Assembly: GCA_002269645.1 (NCBI GenBank)
Contig: NIVC01000178.1
Location: 98,948 to 162,947, forward strand
Source of the DNA: Macrostomum lignano
Taxonomy: Eukaryota
Direction: 5' to 3'
DNA length: 64,000 nt
Part shown: positions 13,004-27,050 of the stretch, one piece after another
Position numbering within the stretch: position 1 is the stretch's first letter
Layout of the letters: each line of letters starts with the position of its first letter
Position numbers and translations under genes: made by a program
Notes under the pieces: generated by a model
What the model was told of the DNA's origin: nothing
Database searches by the model: none
The model's input: only the letters and a program-made list of their open reading frames with translations

Positions 13004-13517
13004 CTAAGGCGGTTAATAAAATAGATGCGTCAGTGCGAAATCTGTGGTAAATGTTTTAAAGGCAACTTTTCGCCGAAAAATACACTGCAGAGATAGGAGG
13101 TTTTCATTTTTTTCAGCACAAAAATTGTTATTGCTTTTGATAGGAGGCAGATCCAGTGTTCATCTTTTGATATGTTGTGCCTTTCTTATTGCTCAATCGA
13201 TATTCATAAAGCTTTTTGTTCAGAAATAGTTTTAAAGGCAGGTTTCACTGGAAAAATACACTATGGAGATAGGAAATTTCACGATTTTCAACACTAAAAC
13301 AGTGATTGAGTCTTATAAGTTAACAGTGTCAGAGAAAGTCCTAATCACCCTATTTTGTGCCTCACATGCTGCTCTAACGGCGCATTAATCGATTTTTCAT
13401 GTTAAATTGGTCTGTCACTTGAAAAAACGTTTAAAATAATGACAATAAAGACAAAAATGAAAAAAACATTTACCATAGATTTCGAGTGTTGCGTCCTTCT
13501 ACTTAAATTGCCCTTAG
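13004..13517. mobile_element. Kolobok/T2-like MITE with imperfect TIRs
   Basis: Ends CTAAGG...CGAAATCTGTGGTAAATG and CATTTACCATAGATTTCG...CCTTAG. Interior 13050-13230 is homologous to the arms of the 42082-42780 MITE, and the right end is shared with a fragment at ~1927-1955. TSD unresolved. Confidence 0.5.
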
Positions 13518-13626
13518 TTATTGATCGGGCTAATTAATAATAACGTCCAACAACTGAAATAAAATGAAGGGAATTTTTAGATGATCAGAGTTAGCCTGAC
13601 CCCATTGAACTCCGACTACAGCCCTG

Positions 13627-13965
13627 ATGCTGGCGCCCCTGGTGCTGGCGCCCCTGGTGCTGGCGCCCCTGGTGCTGGCGCCCCTGGTGCTGGCGCCCCT
13701 GGTGCTGGCGCCCCTGGTGCTGGCGCCCCTGGTGCTGGCGCCCCTGGTGCTGGCGCCCCTGGTGCTGGCGCCCCTGGTGCTGGCGCCCCTGGTGCTGGCG
13801 CCCCTGGTGCTGGCGCCCCTGGTGCTGGCGCCCCTGGTGCTGGCGCCCCTGGTGCTGGCGCCCCTGGTGCTGGCGCCCCTGGTGCTGGCGCCCCTGGTGC
13901 TGGCGCCCCTGGTGCTGGCGCCCCTGGTGCTGGCGCCCCTGGTGCTGGCGCCCCTGGTGCTAAAG
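13627..13965 (-). repeat. 15-bp minisatellite (GGTGCTGGCGCCCCT)n, ~22 units
   Basis: Near-perfect array; exact reverse complement of the unit at 5182-5540. Confidence 0.97.
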
Positions 13966-14374
13966 CCCCTCCACTCTACTCACGCTTGGCATGGCTCAGA
14001 CCTGAATTGCCTGCATTGCCTCCGTTATCTAAAATTCTAAATTGCGTTTCATTGTTCATTCAGCAGGTGTCCTTGTCTCTGAGTCTCTACTATCTACGAT
14101 CTGAGGACTCTTAATATAATAGTGCTTTTGGGTGTGCATGCGGCTCGTTGCTGACATTCTGAGTCTCTGGACTTTGTGCCTGACCCTGCCTCGACTTACC
14201 TATAACATGCTGCGATAAGGCCAAAGGCAATGTACGTACATATTTAACGAAGCAGCATGCAGGATCGAAGTCCACCAAGCTAAGGTAATAATAGTTAGCT
14301 TTTCTTGTGGAGTTGGGGTTCCCGTAAAAGGGGGCGCCAAAACTACTAATAAAACAGCGCCTAAGTCACTGAGA

Positions 14375-14870
14375 AAATGGCGCCAAAGCTGGGACAAAAG
14401 TGGTGCCAAATCTATAATAAAGCTGCAAACAAAAGTGGCGCCAAAGCTGCAAACAAAAGTGGCGCCAAAGCCACTACAAAAGTGGCGCCAAAGCTGCAAA
14501 CAAAAGTGGCGCCGAAGCCACTACAAAAGTGGCACCAAAGCTGCAAACAAAAGTGGCGCCAAAGCTGCAAACAAAAGTGGCGCCAAAGCCACTACAAAAG
14601 TGGCGCTAAAGCTGCAAACAAAAGTGGCGCCGAAACTACTACAAAAGTGGCGCCAAAGCTGCAAACAAAAGTGGCGCCGAAGCCACTACAAAAGTGGCAC
14701 CAAAGCTGCAAACAAAAGTGGCGCCGAAGCTACTACAAAAGTGGCGCCAAAGCTGCAAACAAAAGTGGCGCCAAAGCCACTACAAAAGTAGCGCCAAAGC
14801 CACTTAAAAAGAGCGCCAAAGCTACTGCAAATTTGGCACCAAAGCCGCTGAAGAGTGGCGCCTATGCTAC
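14375..14870. repeat. 23/24-bp minisatellite (AAAAGTGGCGCCAAAGCTGCAAAC / ...GCCACTAC)
   Basis: Two alternating unit variants around a GGCGCC core. Confidence 0.93.
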
Positions 14871-15419
14871 TTTTTTGGGTCCATCATTATTAGCAGCGAG
14901 CATACACTAAGCGTATTATTGTCACGCCTCAAGTTAAGGTAGTTAATACCTGGTCACGAGCCAACAATATCATGCAGTTGAAGTTGCATTGAGTTGTGCT
15001 AAAGACATGGCAATTCAAATTTGGGTTGCTGAAAGTTCGGTTCCATAAAATTTGTAGGCATGACTTTTTTTGAGGTCACATTGGCTAGACTATGGAGACA
15101 GACAAGCAAGTACAGATAGAGGGCACGAGAGTGGAGTACAGCAGGGCATGCACCGTAGGCGTAGCTCTCTATTATGCTTGAATTCACAAGCTGCATATGG
15201 AATGAGAAGTGACATGAAGTGACAGCTAGCCCAGCAGTCCTGGGGGGTCACTATATTGTCGCTTAATAGTTTAGCAAGCAACATTAAATCCATTTTTGCA
15301 GCGTTAAAGAAGCCATACTGAATTTTTCTCTGCTAAGTCTGGCATTGCAAAATTGTTTTGTCCTAACATAAATTTTAATGAATCAGCTTAGCTACCAATC
15401 TACCAACTGCGCTAAAAAA

Positions 15420-16200
15420 TCCACAGACTGCAGTAATCCACAGACTGCAGTAATCCACAGACTGCAATACTCCACAGACTGCAGTAATCAACAGACTGCA
15501 GTAATCCACAGACTGCAGTAATCCACAGACTGAAGTAATCCACAGACTGAAGTAATCCACAGACTGCAGTAATCCACAGACTGCAGTAATCCACAGACTG
15601 CAGTAATCCACAGACTGCAGTAATCCACAGACTGCAATACTCCACAGACTGCACTAATCCACCAAGACTGCACTAATCCACCAAGACTGCACTGATCCAC
15701 CAAGACTGCACTAATCCACCAAGACTGCACTAATCCACCAAGACTGCACTGATCCACCAAGACTGCACTAATCCACCATTAAACCAGTGAGACGAAGTCA
15801 AGGCAGTTGGCACGAGAGGCGCAGGTTCGAGCCTGGCCCTATTGTACGAGTATTCGAGCGTATTTATTAACTTTCATTTACCGGACTTAAAAGCCAAATA
15901 AAAACCTTGGAGACTTAAAAGCGAGAAAAAAATCAATACGCGCTTGGCGGGTCAGCGACAGCCCGCATCGTATTAAATAAACGCCACCCAGGCCGCGGGC
16001 ACGTGACCAAGGCCCGGCCCACCACCCCCCGCACCAACGCACAAGAGCCACGCCCCACTGGTTTAACACCCAACCAAGCTACGCCCGGTCGGACCAATTG
16101 ACTGAATTAATTAACCAAGACTGCACTAGTGCACTAATCCACCAAGACTGAACTAATTAACCAAGACTGCACTAATCCACCAAGACTGCACCACTGATTC
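15420..16200. repeat. 17-bp (AATCCACAGACTGCAGT) grading into 19-bp (AATCCACCAAGACTGCACT) minisatellite, interrupted by a MITE
   Basis: Main array 15420-15778; degenerate remainder ~16110-16200. Confidence 0.92.
15783..16062. mobile_element. 280-bp TTAA-flanked MITE (piggyBac/Kolobok-like)
   Basis: TTAA at 15779-15782 and 16063-16066; TIR ACCAGTG(A/G)G(A/G)CG at both ends. Confidence 0.7.
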
Positions 16201-17964
16201 ACCAAATTGCATTAATACATCAAACTGCACTAACCCATAAAACTTAATGTAGAAAATCAATTACAAGCTTGCTATAAAATACACCTAACTGCACCAATAG
16301 ACAAACCCTTATACGAGTATAGTTTACTTGTAATTTACAAAGCGCATGCATCTTATATGTATGTATATATGCGGTATGTTTGTTTTATGCTGTCTGATAT
16401 CTGTATAGTGGGGTCGACGGGTTAAATGCAAAACATTTCAAATTAACTTGCACGCCCAGCTGAGGGAGAAGATCGAGTACACGGTTACAAAAGCCCGCCG
16501 CGGTCTCAAAAGTTCTATAGCCATGCTCCGTGGAGTCGTGCATAGCATAGCATGAGCCGGTTCTTAATATGCTTGCGCTTTCTGACTGTTTTGAACGCTA
16601 GAAACTATTGTGTGAGCGTATAGTATACAGTTTAGACGCATGCAGTGCGACAGCAATTTGCATTTTGCAGTATACTATGTTAAAATCCATGAATAATAAA
16701 CGATCGAATTAGGATCAATTTTCCATCTGCAGGCAGCAACGAGAGTCAAGAATAAAGTACGAGTACTAAAGCACCGGTATAGAACTAAAAAATTGCGCGG
16801 CATACAGCTGTAAGAGCTTAAAATTATGCTTCTGTTTTGCTGATCGGAGCTATATAAGTTGGGGTAACGTGTAGTATATATAATGTGCATAAAAACCATA
16901 ATTCTGATGAATGCACTCGATTCTTTAAGATCGAGGCCATATGCCAGTAGCCAAAAGTATAGAAACGCTTGGAAAATCGAAAATCGAAAATCTATAAACG
17001 GCAAGTATAGGATTTCAAGTGCAAAATGCGGTTATTTAACTGCTAAATTAAAAGCACGTGCAAGAGCATGCACAAAGATCATGCAGACTTACATATATAT
17101 TCGCGAGCTGATATTTCGGATATCTTTATTTTAATAATTTGATTTCGCTTCAAAATCCATTAGAGAGGCAATTTTTTGTTGTTTATAATATTTTCATGCA
17201 TTAACTAATAACATTCTGTGACTTACTTATACTCACGATAGTAAAACTGCTGTACGTGGTTTAAACAAATCTTTTTATATTACTCTTAGTAATAAAACAA
17301 AAATGCGCCGAGAAGACAATGTCGCAAACTTTCTTGTAGCTGCTTGTGTGTATTAAATATATCGAAGTCGATTATTTCTGTACAGCAAAGGGCAAACTTA
17401 AACCAGAATAAATCAAATCATTGGACATTGGAGTCTTTTTTGTATTTTTAGCAAAGATATACAACTTTGTCAGCGCTACATATTTTGATGAAATATGCCT
17501 GATGAATTAGTAAGAACTGCAGTCATCAAATTCAGAACTTATGAAGTTAGGAAAATGTGTATGCAAAAGCTATACGACAGTTATTTCAGTTCAGTAAATG
17601 AGACACTACACGAGACACGGAGACGCAAGACACGGAACATTACGGTACGTTTTTAAAAAATCATTTTTCATAGAAACCACACTGAAAGCAAAGTTTTTTT
17701 CAGACTTTCAAAAGAAATTTGTTGTCCTGTCCTAGGTATAAATAAATCTTTCCTGCAAGTCTGAAAAAAGTAACTTTATAGGGGATTTTTCTACTTTTAA
17801 ATACACAAGTCGATTTATTGAGGTATTCTTTCGCTGCTGTAACTAAAATCAAATCTAAGTCCGTGCTAGTGCTACTACTAACTAACAAATAAGCGCTACT
17901 TCGCTACAGAAGTTGCATAAAGCCATAATTAGACAAAAATAACTAAAATAGCTTATGCCTAAAA

Positions 17965-20900
17965 ATGCCATCTTCTTCGTCTTGCAAAATGTTTCGAGCA
18001 GTATATAATTTTCAAGGATCAGAAAAAAATTCGCTGAACTTTAACCAAAATGATGTTCTCATTGTCATTCAACCAGTTGATGAGAACTGGTTCTTTGGCT
18101 GTTTAAATGACAAATGGGGTTTCATTCCCCAGAAGTATGTGACGGAACTAAAGGTAAGAATATTAAGCAATAGCTTTATTGGTATTTTTTAGGTAAAAAA
18201 ATCAGTTTGTCCCTTTTTCAATTATCCTAATTATTTAGCTAGAATATTACAGGCATACAAGGCCTGTCTTTAATGTATTATAATCTTATAATCTTAAAAT
18301 CATATGTTAACATCAAAATATTTTTAATAGCTCCCAAAATATTGATTTCAATGAAATTAATGCTTGAATATTTAAGTGAAGACAACAATTAGTGTTTAGA
18401 AAGCATTAAAAGACAGTTTCTTTATAGAAAATAACAAAATAGATTATATTACTAGATTATCTATAAAAAATTAGCACGGTTAGAATCAGAATATTATAGA
18501 ATTTCAACAGAATGAAGCTATACCATAATAAGCTAATTAAAAAGAATTATTTTTAAGTCTAAGAGCCAGATCGAGGTCTATCAGTCTATTAGATAGCCCT
18601 CTAATCACCTAGGCTAGTGTCCCTCACACCAACAAAATTAGACTAGCATGGTTTATTTAGACTAGCTTTTACTATATACTATATAGGCTATATATATATA
18701 TAAGAGGCTAAGTGGGATTTTCCAGAATGGGCAAGTTTTTTGGTTTCAAAATGGGATTGGAATCTCTATCTAATATATCATAGGCTTAAATTGAGGTTAG
18801 TCAGATGAAAATATTTAGGATTGGTAGGTGAAATAAAGTCAAAACAGATCTTTATTTTGGCTCAAAAGCACAAAAAACATTACAGGCTAAAAACCTGCCT
18901 TATATTGAAACTATTTATTATCAATTGATTGACTCACCGCAACCCCCTAACCCACGCTAGCAAAGTACATGCAGAGAGAGAGAGAGAGAGAGTCACCAAA
19001 ACAACTTAACCCAGCCCCTGCCCCAGTGCGCACGCAGGCCAAGCTATCACAGTAGGATTAGAATCCCAATTTTTTGTTTTCCTTTTTTTCTTTTTATTTT
19101 CCCAGAAACTCAAGATTTTGAGATTTGATTAATTTACAACTATGTATTATGTAATGATAACAAGATTTAGAATTACTCTTTTTATTTATCAATCTTACTC
19201 ACAGAATCATTCTTGTTGCTAGTATAAGCTTGACATAAATGCAAAGAATTAAAAATCATTTCTTTATTCTCAAAGGAGCGAGACTTTGACTACATGATCA
19301 AAACAATGAACTCCTGCATTGGCAAGCTGCAAAGGCTACCAGAGTCAAAAACTTCAGAAGGAGAACGAGGTGCTTTAAAGTAAGCTTGACTCAGAAGAAA
19401 AAATTAACTTGTCTTTTTATTCATAGTTTCCAAAGAACTGTCTAATTATGTACTTTTGCAGAAAGCTAATAAAACACCGCGATGCACTTCTATCTGACCT
19501 GCCGGCAGAGAGGGATCGGCAAAAGCAACAACAGCAGCAGCAGCAGCAGCAGCAAAAGAAAGTCCCAGATCAATTAAATGGGGAGAGTTCTTCTTCTAGT
19601 TCGAAATTACCAAAACAGTCTAGTCCGCAGAAGCAGCCGCAGCAACAGGCTAGCAACAATCCGGCTCTTCTAGAAGCAACCGCCGGCCTGTCTCGTCATC
19701 TAGTAGACGTGGTTCGCTCCTGCACCAGAGCCTCCCATACGTCCTGCCGCGTAGCGGTGCAGCAACTGCTGGCGCTCATGGAGCACCGGCTGAGCAAGCA
19801 GTCACCTGATCTGGCCGCTACGCTGAAAAATCTGTCGGGACAGTTGACGGTCGATAGTGAGGCCGACGAAGGCGAAGATGCCGACGACGCAGTGATTGAC
19901 AGTCCCGATTGGCAGGCGAGTTTTAATTTATTAAAGAGAAAGTGCAACTAGAACCTTTGAAAAGTACACCGAGTCAGCTGTTTAACCGGTTGTTTACTAT
20001 AATTGGCCTAAAGTTTCACAGCGATTCACAGCCATGGGGGCCAACCCCCAAGACGCAGAGAGTGTACATGCCTGACGATTAGAAAGTCAGAAGGGTGGCT
20101 GTACACCCCGTGTGAGCTCGTGTATGAATTCGTGCCAGCGTACAGTTCTGGCACTCTTAGCAGGTGCTCAGGGGTCAGTGGAATTGGCAGAATTGCCGTC
20201 AGCGCTGCTTTTGTGTGATGACGACTTTTTCTCCTGTTCGATTTGATTGACAGGCCATGGACCGCCTGCTGTCAACTGCCGAACATCGGCGCAGCGACTG
20301 GCAGGAACGCGGCGGCTGGTCACTGCACGAGAATGAGTCGCAGGTGGTGGAGGAGTTGCAGCAGCTTGATGAATTGCTCACAGGTTTGCTAGGGCTCTTC
20401 TTGTTGTGTTTGAAAACTCGACTAAGTTTGAAGTTTTACAGGATTATAGCAAGTTTTATTGGTTTTAGGGTTCGAAATCTACACTTCTAGGAGATTTGAG
20501 ATGGATTGTTCATGGGTTTGAGATTGGACGTTCATGTGTTTGAGATTGGACGTTCATGGGTTTTAGATTGGATGTTCATGGGTTTGAGATTGGATGTTCA
20601 TGGTTTTGAGATTGGATGTTCATGGGTTTGAGATTGGATGTTCATGGGTTTGAGATTGGATGTTCATGGGTTTGAGATTGGATGTTCATGGGTTTGAGAT
20701 TGGATGTTCATGGGTTTGAGATAGGATGTTCATGGGTTTGAGATTGGATGTTCATGGGTTTGAGATTGGATGTTCATGGGTTTGAGATTGGATGTTCATG
20801 GGTTTGAGATAGGATGTTCATGGGTATGAGCTCGGATTTTCATGGATTTGAGATAGGATGTTTATAGGTATGAGATAGAATGGTAATGTGTTTACATTAC

Positions 20901-23226
20901 CTAAAACACTTAGATTTGAAAGTAAACAGCACCCCAGTTGCCATGCCGTTGCTAGACGCATTGTTTTATTGGTTTGCATTTGATGCGCCAGGCTCCGACC
21001 CGTTGGTTGGTAAGCGACGCGTTCGTTTCGACGGCTGCTCAGCGCCGCTCTGTCTGGCCGAGCTGCACTCGGCCGAAACTCGGCTATCTGTCCGGTTGTG
21101 GCTCGTCCGCTGCCTGTCGGACATGGCTAGACTATCTCGGCCGGCGGTTGGCGCCCTGCTGTGTCACAGCAACCTGCCTAACGATCTACTCAGAGAGATG
21201 TCAGCTTCCGGTTCGAAGATTACTGACAGAGCGCAGCGGAAACTGACATCAGAGTCGCTGCAGCTGCTAACCATGCTGTGCTGCGCCGGCATCCGGCCGC
21301 CCGTGTCTGTGGCTGGTTAGTGCAAACTGCGTTAAGCTAACCTGCCACTTCCGGTTCTAAACTGCAGTGTTGGGCTAACCTGCCACTTCCGGTTCTAAAC
21401 TGCAGTGTTGGGCTAACCTACCACTTCCGGTTCTAAACTGCAGTCATGGGTTCACCTACCACTCGGTTCTATTCATAAACTGCAGTCTTAGGCCAACCTA
21501 CCACTTCCGGTTCTAAACTGCAGTCATGGGTTCACCTACCACTCGGTTCTATTCATAAACTGCAGTCTTAGGCCAACCTACCACTTCCGGTTCTAAACTG
21601 CAGTCATGGGTTCACCTACCACTCGGTTCTATTCATAAACTGTAGTCTTGGGCTAACCTACCACTTCCGGTTCTAGACCTACTTGCGCTACCAACAACTT
21701 TCAGTTGCAAATATACGTGTCCTGAAAGCTACACCCTAACCCGTACTACTGCCAATTTAAAGCAGTTTTTAAACTGTTAAACAACTCACTCGCCCACTCC
21801 GCAACCCACGGCAGACGCCCTGAATGAGCAGCTGTTCGCCAACTTATTCAACCTGCTGGCCTCCGAGGACAGTCAGTTCGGTGACTCAGACGAATCCCTG
21901 GTCCAGCCTATCGCTGATTTCTGTTTGGCTGCCAACAGTCTGTCTGGAAACTGTGAAACTACCTCATCGTTTGCGGCACTTCCAACGCACGAGAGGCCGC
22001 TGTTTCGAGCTCTTCTGGCCAACCAGTCTGCTTCCAGGCCATTTACAGAGTACTTGCTCATGGTGTTTAACAGATCCGGTGGGTATAGGTTTTTTGTCAG
22101 AAATATTTCACTGTACCGTAGATGATCTATAATTCTAGCGCGATCTTTCTTTAACCAGAGGATCCAACGGCTCTGCTGAGTCATTCGCCCCCTGCCCGAG
22201 ACTCGGTATTGCAGATGCTCATCGATCTGTTTGGTCACGAATCAACTATAGGCGTATTTTATACAAACGACGTTCATGTAATGTTGGAAATCACCTGCCG
22301 GCTGTTAGATCGGTCGTCTGTGCAGTGCAAAGTAAGCTTTTGTGTATTTTTATGTATTCGAAAAAAGCGTATTGACTTCATTCGATTAGATAGTTCTATG
22401 AGCTAAATGTGCATTTGATGTCATTAGACTAGGATTCTAAATATAGCATCTATCGTCATTAGATAAGATTCTAAATATAGTATCTGACGTCATAGGATTC
22501 TAATTTTCTAAATATAGCATCCGTATAACATCATGCGACTATGATTCTAAATATAGCATCCATCTGATGACATCATTCGACTAGGATTCTAAATATAGCA
22601 TCTGACGTCATAGAATTCTAAATATAGCATCCATCTGACGTCATGCCCACTAGGATTCTAAATATAGCATTTCTAGTCATTCGCCTAGTCTTGGATTTTA
22701 AATGTCTGATGTCGTTTGATAGTAACAAATCACACGATTTTAAATAACCTTACCAGACCTTATCTGAATGAATGAAGTCATGAAATGAAGTTCGTAATTG
22801 ACTGATTGTAGGCTATTTAATTCTGATTGCTGTCTAGTCTGTACAAATAGTTTAATAATCGCAAAAGTAAAGTTCTAATGACTACAAGAGTTAAAAAGCT
22901 ACTTTATCAAACTATACGAATATATAATTACATTCATATGCATTACATTACAATTACATACATTCATATTACATTCACATTCATATTCTTATTTAGGCGA
23001 ACTTAATGCTTGGACTGGGACTAAACATTCATATTGTCTTTGCTTTCAGATTCTGCCTCCCGTGCTGCAACTGCTGAGTCTGTTTTCTATCAGCAGACGC
23101 TATGGAGACCTGCTAGCCCGGCAGAGCAGTTTAAGAGAAGCGCTTCGCAGGCTGCTGGCACAGGAGGAGTTGGACTCAAATTTGGCAACCGAATGTCGAA
23201 ATCTTCTGCAGGCGGTGTCCAAATAA
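17965..23226 (+). CDS. NCKIPSD: NCK-interacting protein with SH3 domain (SPIN90/DIP/WISH), 8 exons, ~604 aa
   Basis: join(17965..18153,19276..19379,19462..19915,20254..20383,20992..21315,21815..22078,22159..22331,23050..23226); all phases are compatible. N-terminal SH3 (FRAVYNFQG...ENWFFG...GFIPQKYV). C-terminal region matches NCKIPSD motifs (WSLHENE, RLWLVRCL, FNRSEDP, VFYTND). Exon 5 may instead start at 20914. Confidence 0.88.
20500..20880. repeat. 22-bp intronic minisatellite (TTCATGGGTTTGAGATTGGATG)n
   Basis: ~16 units filling NCKIPSD intron 4. Confidence 0.95.
21330..21680. repeat. ~38-bp intronic repeat (CTTCCGGTTCTAAACTGCAG...CTAACCTACCA)
   Basis: Begins ~15 bp after the exon 5 donor; later units alternate between two variants. 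Confidence 0.88.
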
Positions 23227-23384
23227 AGTCTAAACTCGTTTTTAAATGCAAATATTTAGGACTTTTTACTTATTTTAGATGTTATTTTCTGTGTGCGAGT
23301 GTTATACTCTTACACCTCAATGATAGGTTAATAAGGAAACAGTTCAAGAAGACAGATTCTACACTTGTCCAAAGACTAAGGGGC

Positions 23385-25118
23385 TGGAGGCAGATTCAAG
23401 GATCCTGAGGGGGAGCGGAGAGGCAGATTCAAGGATCCTGAGGGAGAGTGGAGAGGCAGATTCAAGGATCCTGAGGGAGAGCGGAGAGGCAGATTCAAGG
23501 ATCCTGAGGGAGAGCGGAGAGGCAGATTCAAGGATCCTGAGGGAGAGCGGATAGGCAGATTCAAGGATCCTGAGGGAGAGCGGATAGGCAGATTCAAGGA
23601 TCCTGAGGGGGAGCGGAGAGGCAGATTCAAGGATCCTGAGGGAGAGCGGATAGGCAGATTCAAGGATCCTGAGGGGACAGCGGAGAGGCAGATTCAAGGA
23701 TCCTGAGGGAGAGCGGATAGGCAGATTCAAGGATCCTGAGGGGACAGCGGAGAGGCAGATTCAAGGATCCTGAGGGGACAGCGGAGAGGCAGATTCAAGG
23801 ATCCTGAGGGGACAGCGGAGAGGCAGGTTCAAGGATCCTGAGGGGACAGCGGAGAGGCAGATTCAAGGATCCTGAGGGGACAGCGGAGAGGCAGGTTCAA
23901 GGATCCTGAGGGGACAGCGGAGAGGCAGATTCAAGGATCCTGAGGGGACAGCGGAGAGGCAGGTTCAAGGATCCTGAGGGGACAGCGGAGAGGCAGGTTC
24001 AAGGATCCTGAGGGGACAGCGGAGAGGCAGGTTCAAGGATCCTGAGGGGACAGCGGAGAGGCAGGTTCAAGGATCCTGAGGGGACAGCGGAGAGGCAGAT
24101 TCAAGGATCCTGAGGGGACAGCGGAGAGGCAGGTTCAAGGATCCTGAGGGGACAGCGGAGAGGCAGGTTCAAGGATCCTGAGGGGACAGCGGAGAGGCAG
24201 GTTCAAGGATCCTGAGGGGACAGCGGAGAGGCAGGTTCAAGGATCCTGAGGGGACAGCGGAGAGGCAGATTCAAGGATCCTGAGGGGACAGCGGAGAGGC
24301 AGATTCAAGGATCCTGAGGGGGAGCGGAGAGGCAGATTCAAGGATTCTGAGGGGACAGCGGAGAGGCAGATTCAAGGATCCTGAGGGAGAGGAGAGGCGG
24401 ATTCAAGGATTCTGAGGGGACAGCGGAGAGGCAGATTCAAGGATCCTGAGGGGACAGCGGAGAGGCAGATTCAAGGATCCTGAGGGGACAGCGGAGAGGC
24501 AGATTCAAGGATCCTGAGGGGACAGCGGAGAGGCAGATTCAAGGATCCTGAGGGACAGCGGAGAGGCAGATTCAAGGATCCTGAGGGGACAGCGGAGAGG
24601 CAGATTCAAGGATCCTGAGGGGACAGCGGAGAGGCAGATTCAAGGATCCTGAGGGGACAGCGGAGAGGCAGATTCAAGGATCCTGAGGGGACAGCGGAGA
24701 GGCAGATTCAAGGATCCTGAGGGGACAGCGGAGAGGCAGATTCAAGGATCCTGAAGGGACAGCGGAGAGGCAGATTCAAGGATCCTGAGGGGACAGCGGA
24801 GAGGCAGATTCAAGGATCCTGAGGGGACAGCGGAGAGGCAGATTCAAGGATCCTGAGGGGACAGCGAAGAGGCAGATTCAAGGATTCTGAGGAGACAGCG
24901 GAGAGGCAGATTCAAGGATCCTGAGGGGACAGCGGAGAGGCAGATTCAAGGATCCTGAGGGAGGGCGGAGAGGCAGATTCAAGGATCCTGAGGGAGGGCG
25001 GAGAGGCAGATTCAAGGATCCTGAGTGAGGGCGGAGAGGCAGATTCAAGGATCCTGAGGGGACAGCGAAGAGGCAGATTCAAGGATCCTGAGGAGACAGC
25101 GGAGAGGCAGATTCAAGG
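23385..25118. repeat. 33/34-bp minisatellite (GCGGAGAGGCAGATTCAAGGATCCTGAGGGGACA)n, ~51 units
   Basis: Head-to-tail units with no unique spacers. Confidence 0.98.
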
Positions 25119-25559
25119 CGAAAGATGTTACTATTTCACTTATTGGTAGCAATCTTTAAAATGTATTCTGTTTGCTTTTGCGTTTTCAGATTTTTTGCCT
25201 TTTCACATAAAAACTGAATTGTATTTGAGTGTTGTTTAACTTCTTAAAAGTTTAGTTAGTCAGTATTTATTTGTTTTACTGTAACTGTCTTCTTGCGCAG
25301 TAGTTTTATTTTTTGTTTTAAATTTAAATCGCGATTTTCTTATAAAGCTTTCTAAAATTCTGAAGCTCGGTAGTTCTGGGTACATTTTGTACCTGCGACT
25401 CATAAACACCCCGCGTAAACCCAATGTGCGTGTTGTTATTATAATTATATTATTATATTATTTTCAGTAGCCACGTTACTCGACCATTCCTTTGCTTTGC
25501 AGCGTCCAATTACTTCTTCGAGTCACGCCTAATTTTTCAGCTTTAATACCGATAATTTA

Positions 25560-27050
25560 CGAGTCATCCAGTTTTAATATCCATGATTAATGAGTCATCC
25601 GGTTTCAATATTCATGATTAATGAGTCATCCGGTTTCAATATCGATGATTTATGAGTCATACGGTTTCAATATCGATGATTTATGAGTCATCCGGTTTCA
25701 ATATCGATGATTAATGAGTCATCCGGTTTCAATATTCATGATTAATGAGTCATCCGGTTTCAATATCGATGATTTATGAGTCATCCGGTTTCAATATCGA
25801 TGATTTATGAGTCATCTGGTTTCAATATCGAAGATTTATGAGTCATCTGGTTTCAATATCGAAGATTTATGAGTCATCCGGTTTCAATATCGATGATCTA
25901 TGAGTCATCTGGTTTCAATATCGAAGATTTATGAGTCATCCGGTTTCAATATCGATGATCTATGAGTCATCCGGTTTCAATATCGATGATTTATGAGTCA
26001 TCCGGTTTCAATATCAATGATTTATGAGTCATCCGGTTTCAATATCGATGATTTATGAGTCATCTGGTTTCAATATCGATGATTTATGAGTCATCCGGTT
26101 TCAATATCGATGATTTTTGAGTCATCCGGTTTCAATATCGATGATTTATGAGTCATCCGGTTTCAATATCGATGATTTTTGAGTCATCCAGTTTCAATAT
26201 CGATGATTTATGAGTCATCCGGTTTCAATATCGATGATTTTTGAGTCATCCGGTTTCAATATCGATGATTTATGAGTCATCCGGTTTCAATATCGATGAT
26301 TTTTTAGTCATCCAGTTTCAATATCGATGATTTATGAGTCATCCGGTTTCAATATCGATGATTTTTGAGTCATCCGGTTTCAATATCGATGATTTATGAG
26401 TCATCCGGTTTCAATATCGATGATTTTTGAGTCATCCGGTTTCAATATCGATGATTTTTGAGTCATCCGGTTTCAATATCGATGATTTATGAGTCATCCG
26501 GTTTCAATATCGATGATTTTTGAGTCATCCAGTTTCAATATCGATGATTTATGAGTCATCCGGTTTCAATATCGATGATTTATGAGTCATCCGGTTTCAA
26601 TATTCATGATTAATGAGTCATCCGGTTTCAATATCGATGATTTATGAGTCATACGGTTTCAATATCGATGATTTATGAGTCATCCGGTTTCAATATCGAT
26701 GATTATGAGTCATCTGGTTTCAATATTCATGATTAATGAGTCATCCGGTTTCAATATCGATGATTTATGAGTCATACGGTTTCAATATCGATGATTTATG
26801 AGTCATCCGGTTTCAATATCGATGATTATGAGTCATCTGGTTTCAATATAGATGATTTATGAGTCATCCGGTTTCAAAATCGATGATTTATGAGTCATCC
26901 GGTTTCAATATCGATTATTTATGAGTCATCTGATTTTAATATCGATGATTTATGAGTCATCCGGTTTCAATATCGATTATCTATTAGTCATTGGTTTCAA
27001 TACCGATGATTTATGAGTCATCGATTCCAGTCTCGATGATTCATGAGTTA
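25560..27050. repeat. 31-bp minisatellite (ATGAGTCATCCGGTTTCAATATCGATGATTT)n, ~47 units
   Basis: Head-to-tail units that degenerate at both edges. Confidence 0.98.

Noticed and set aside
23385-27050. CRISPR-like arrays (31-34-bp repeats)
   Set aside because: Units are head-to-tail with no unique spacers, there are no cas genes, and the context is eukaryotic. The same applies to all other arrays.
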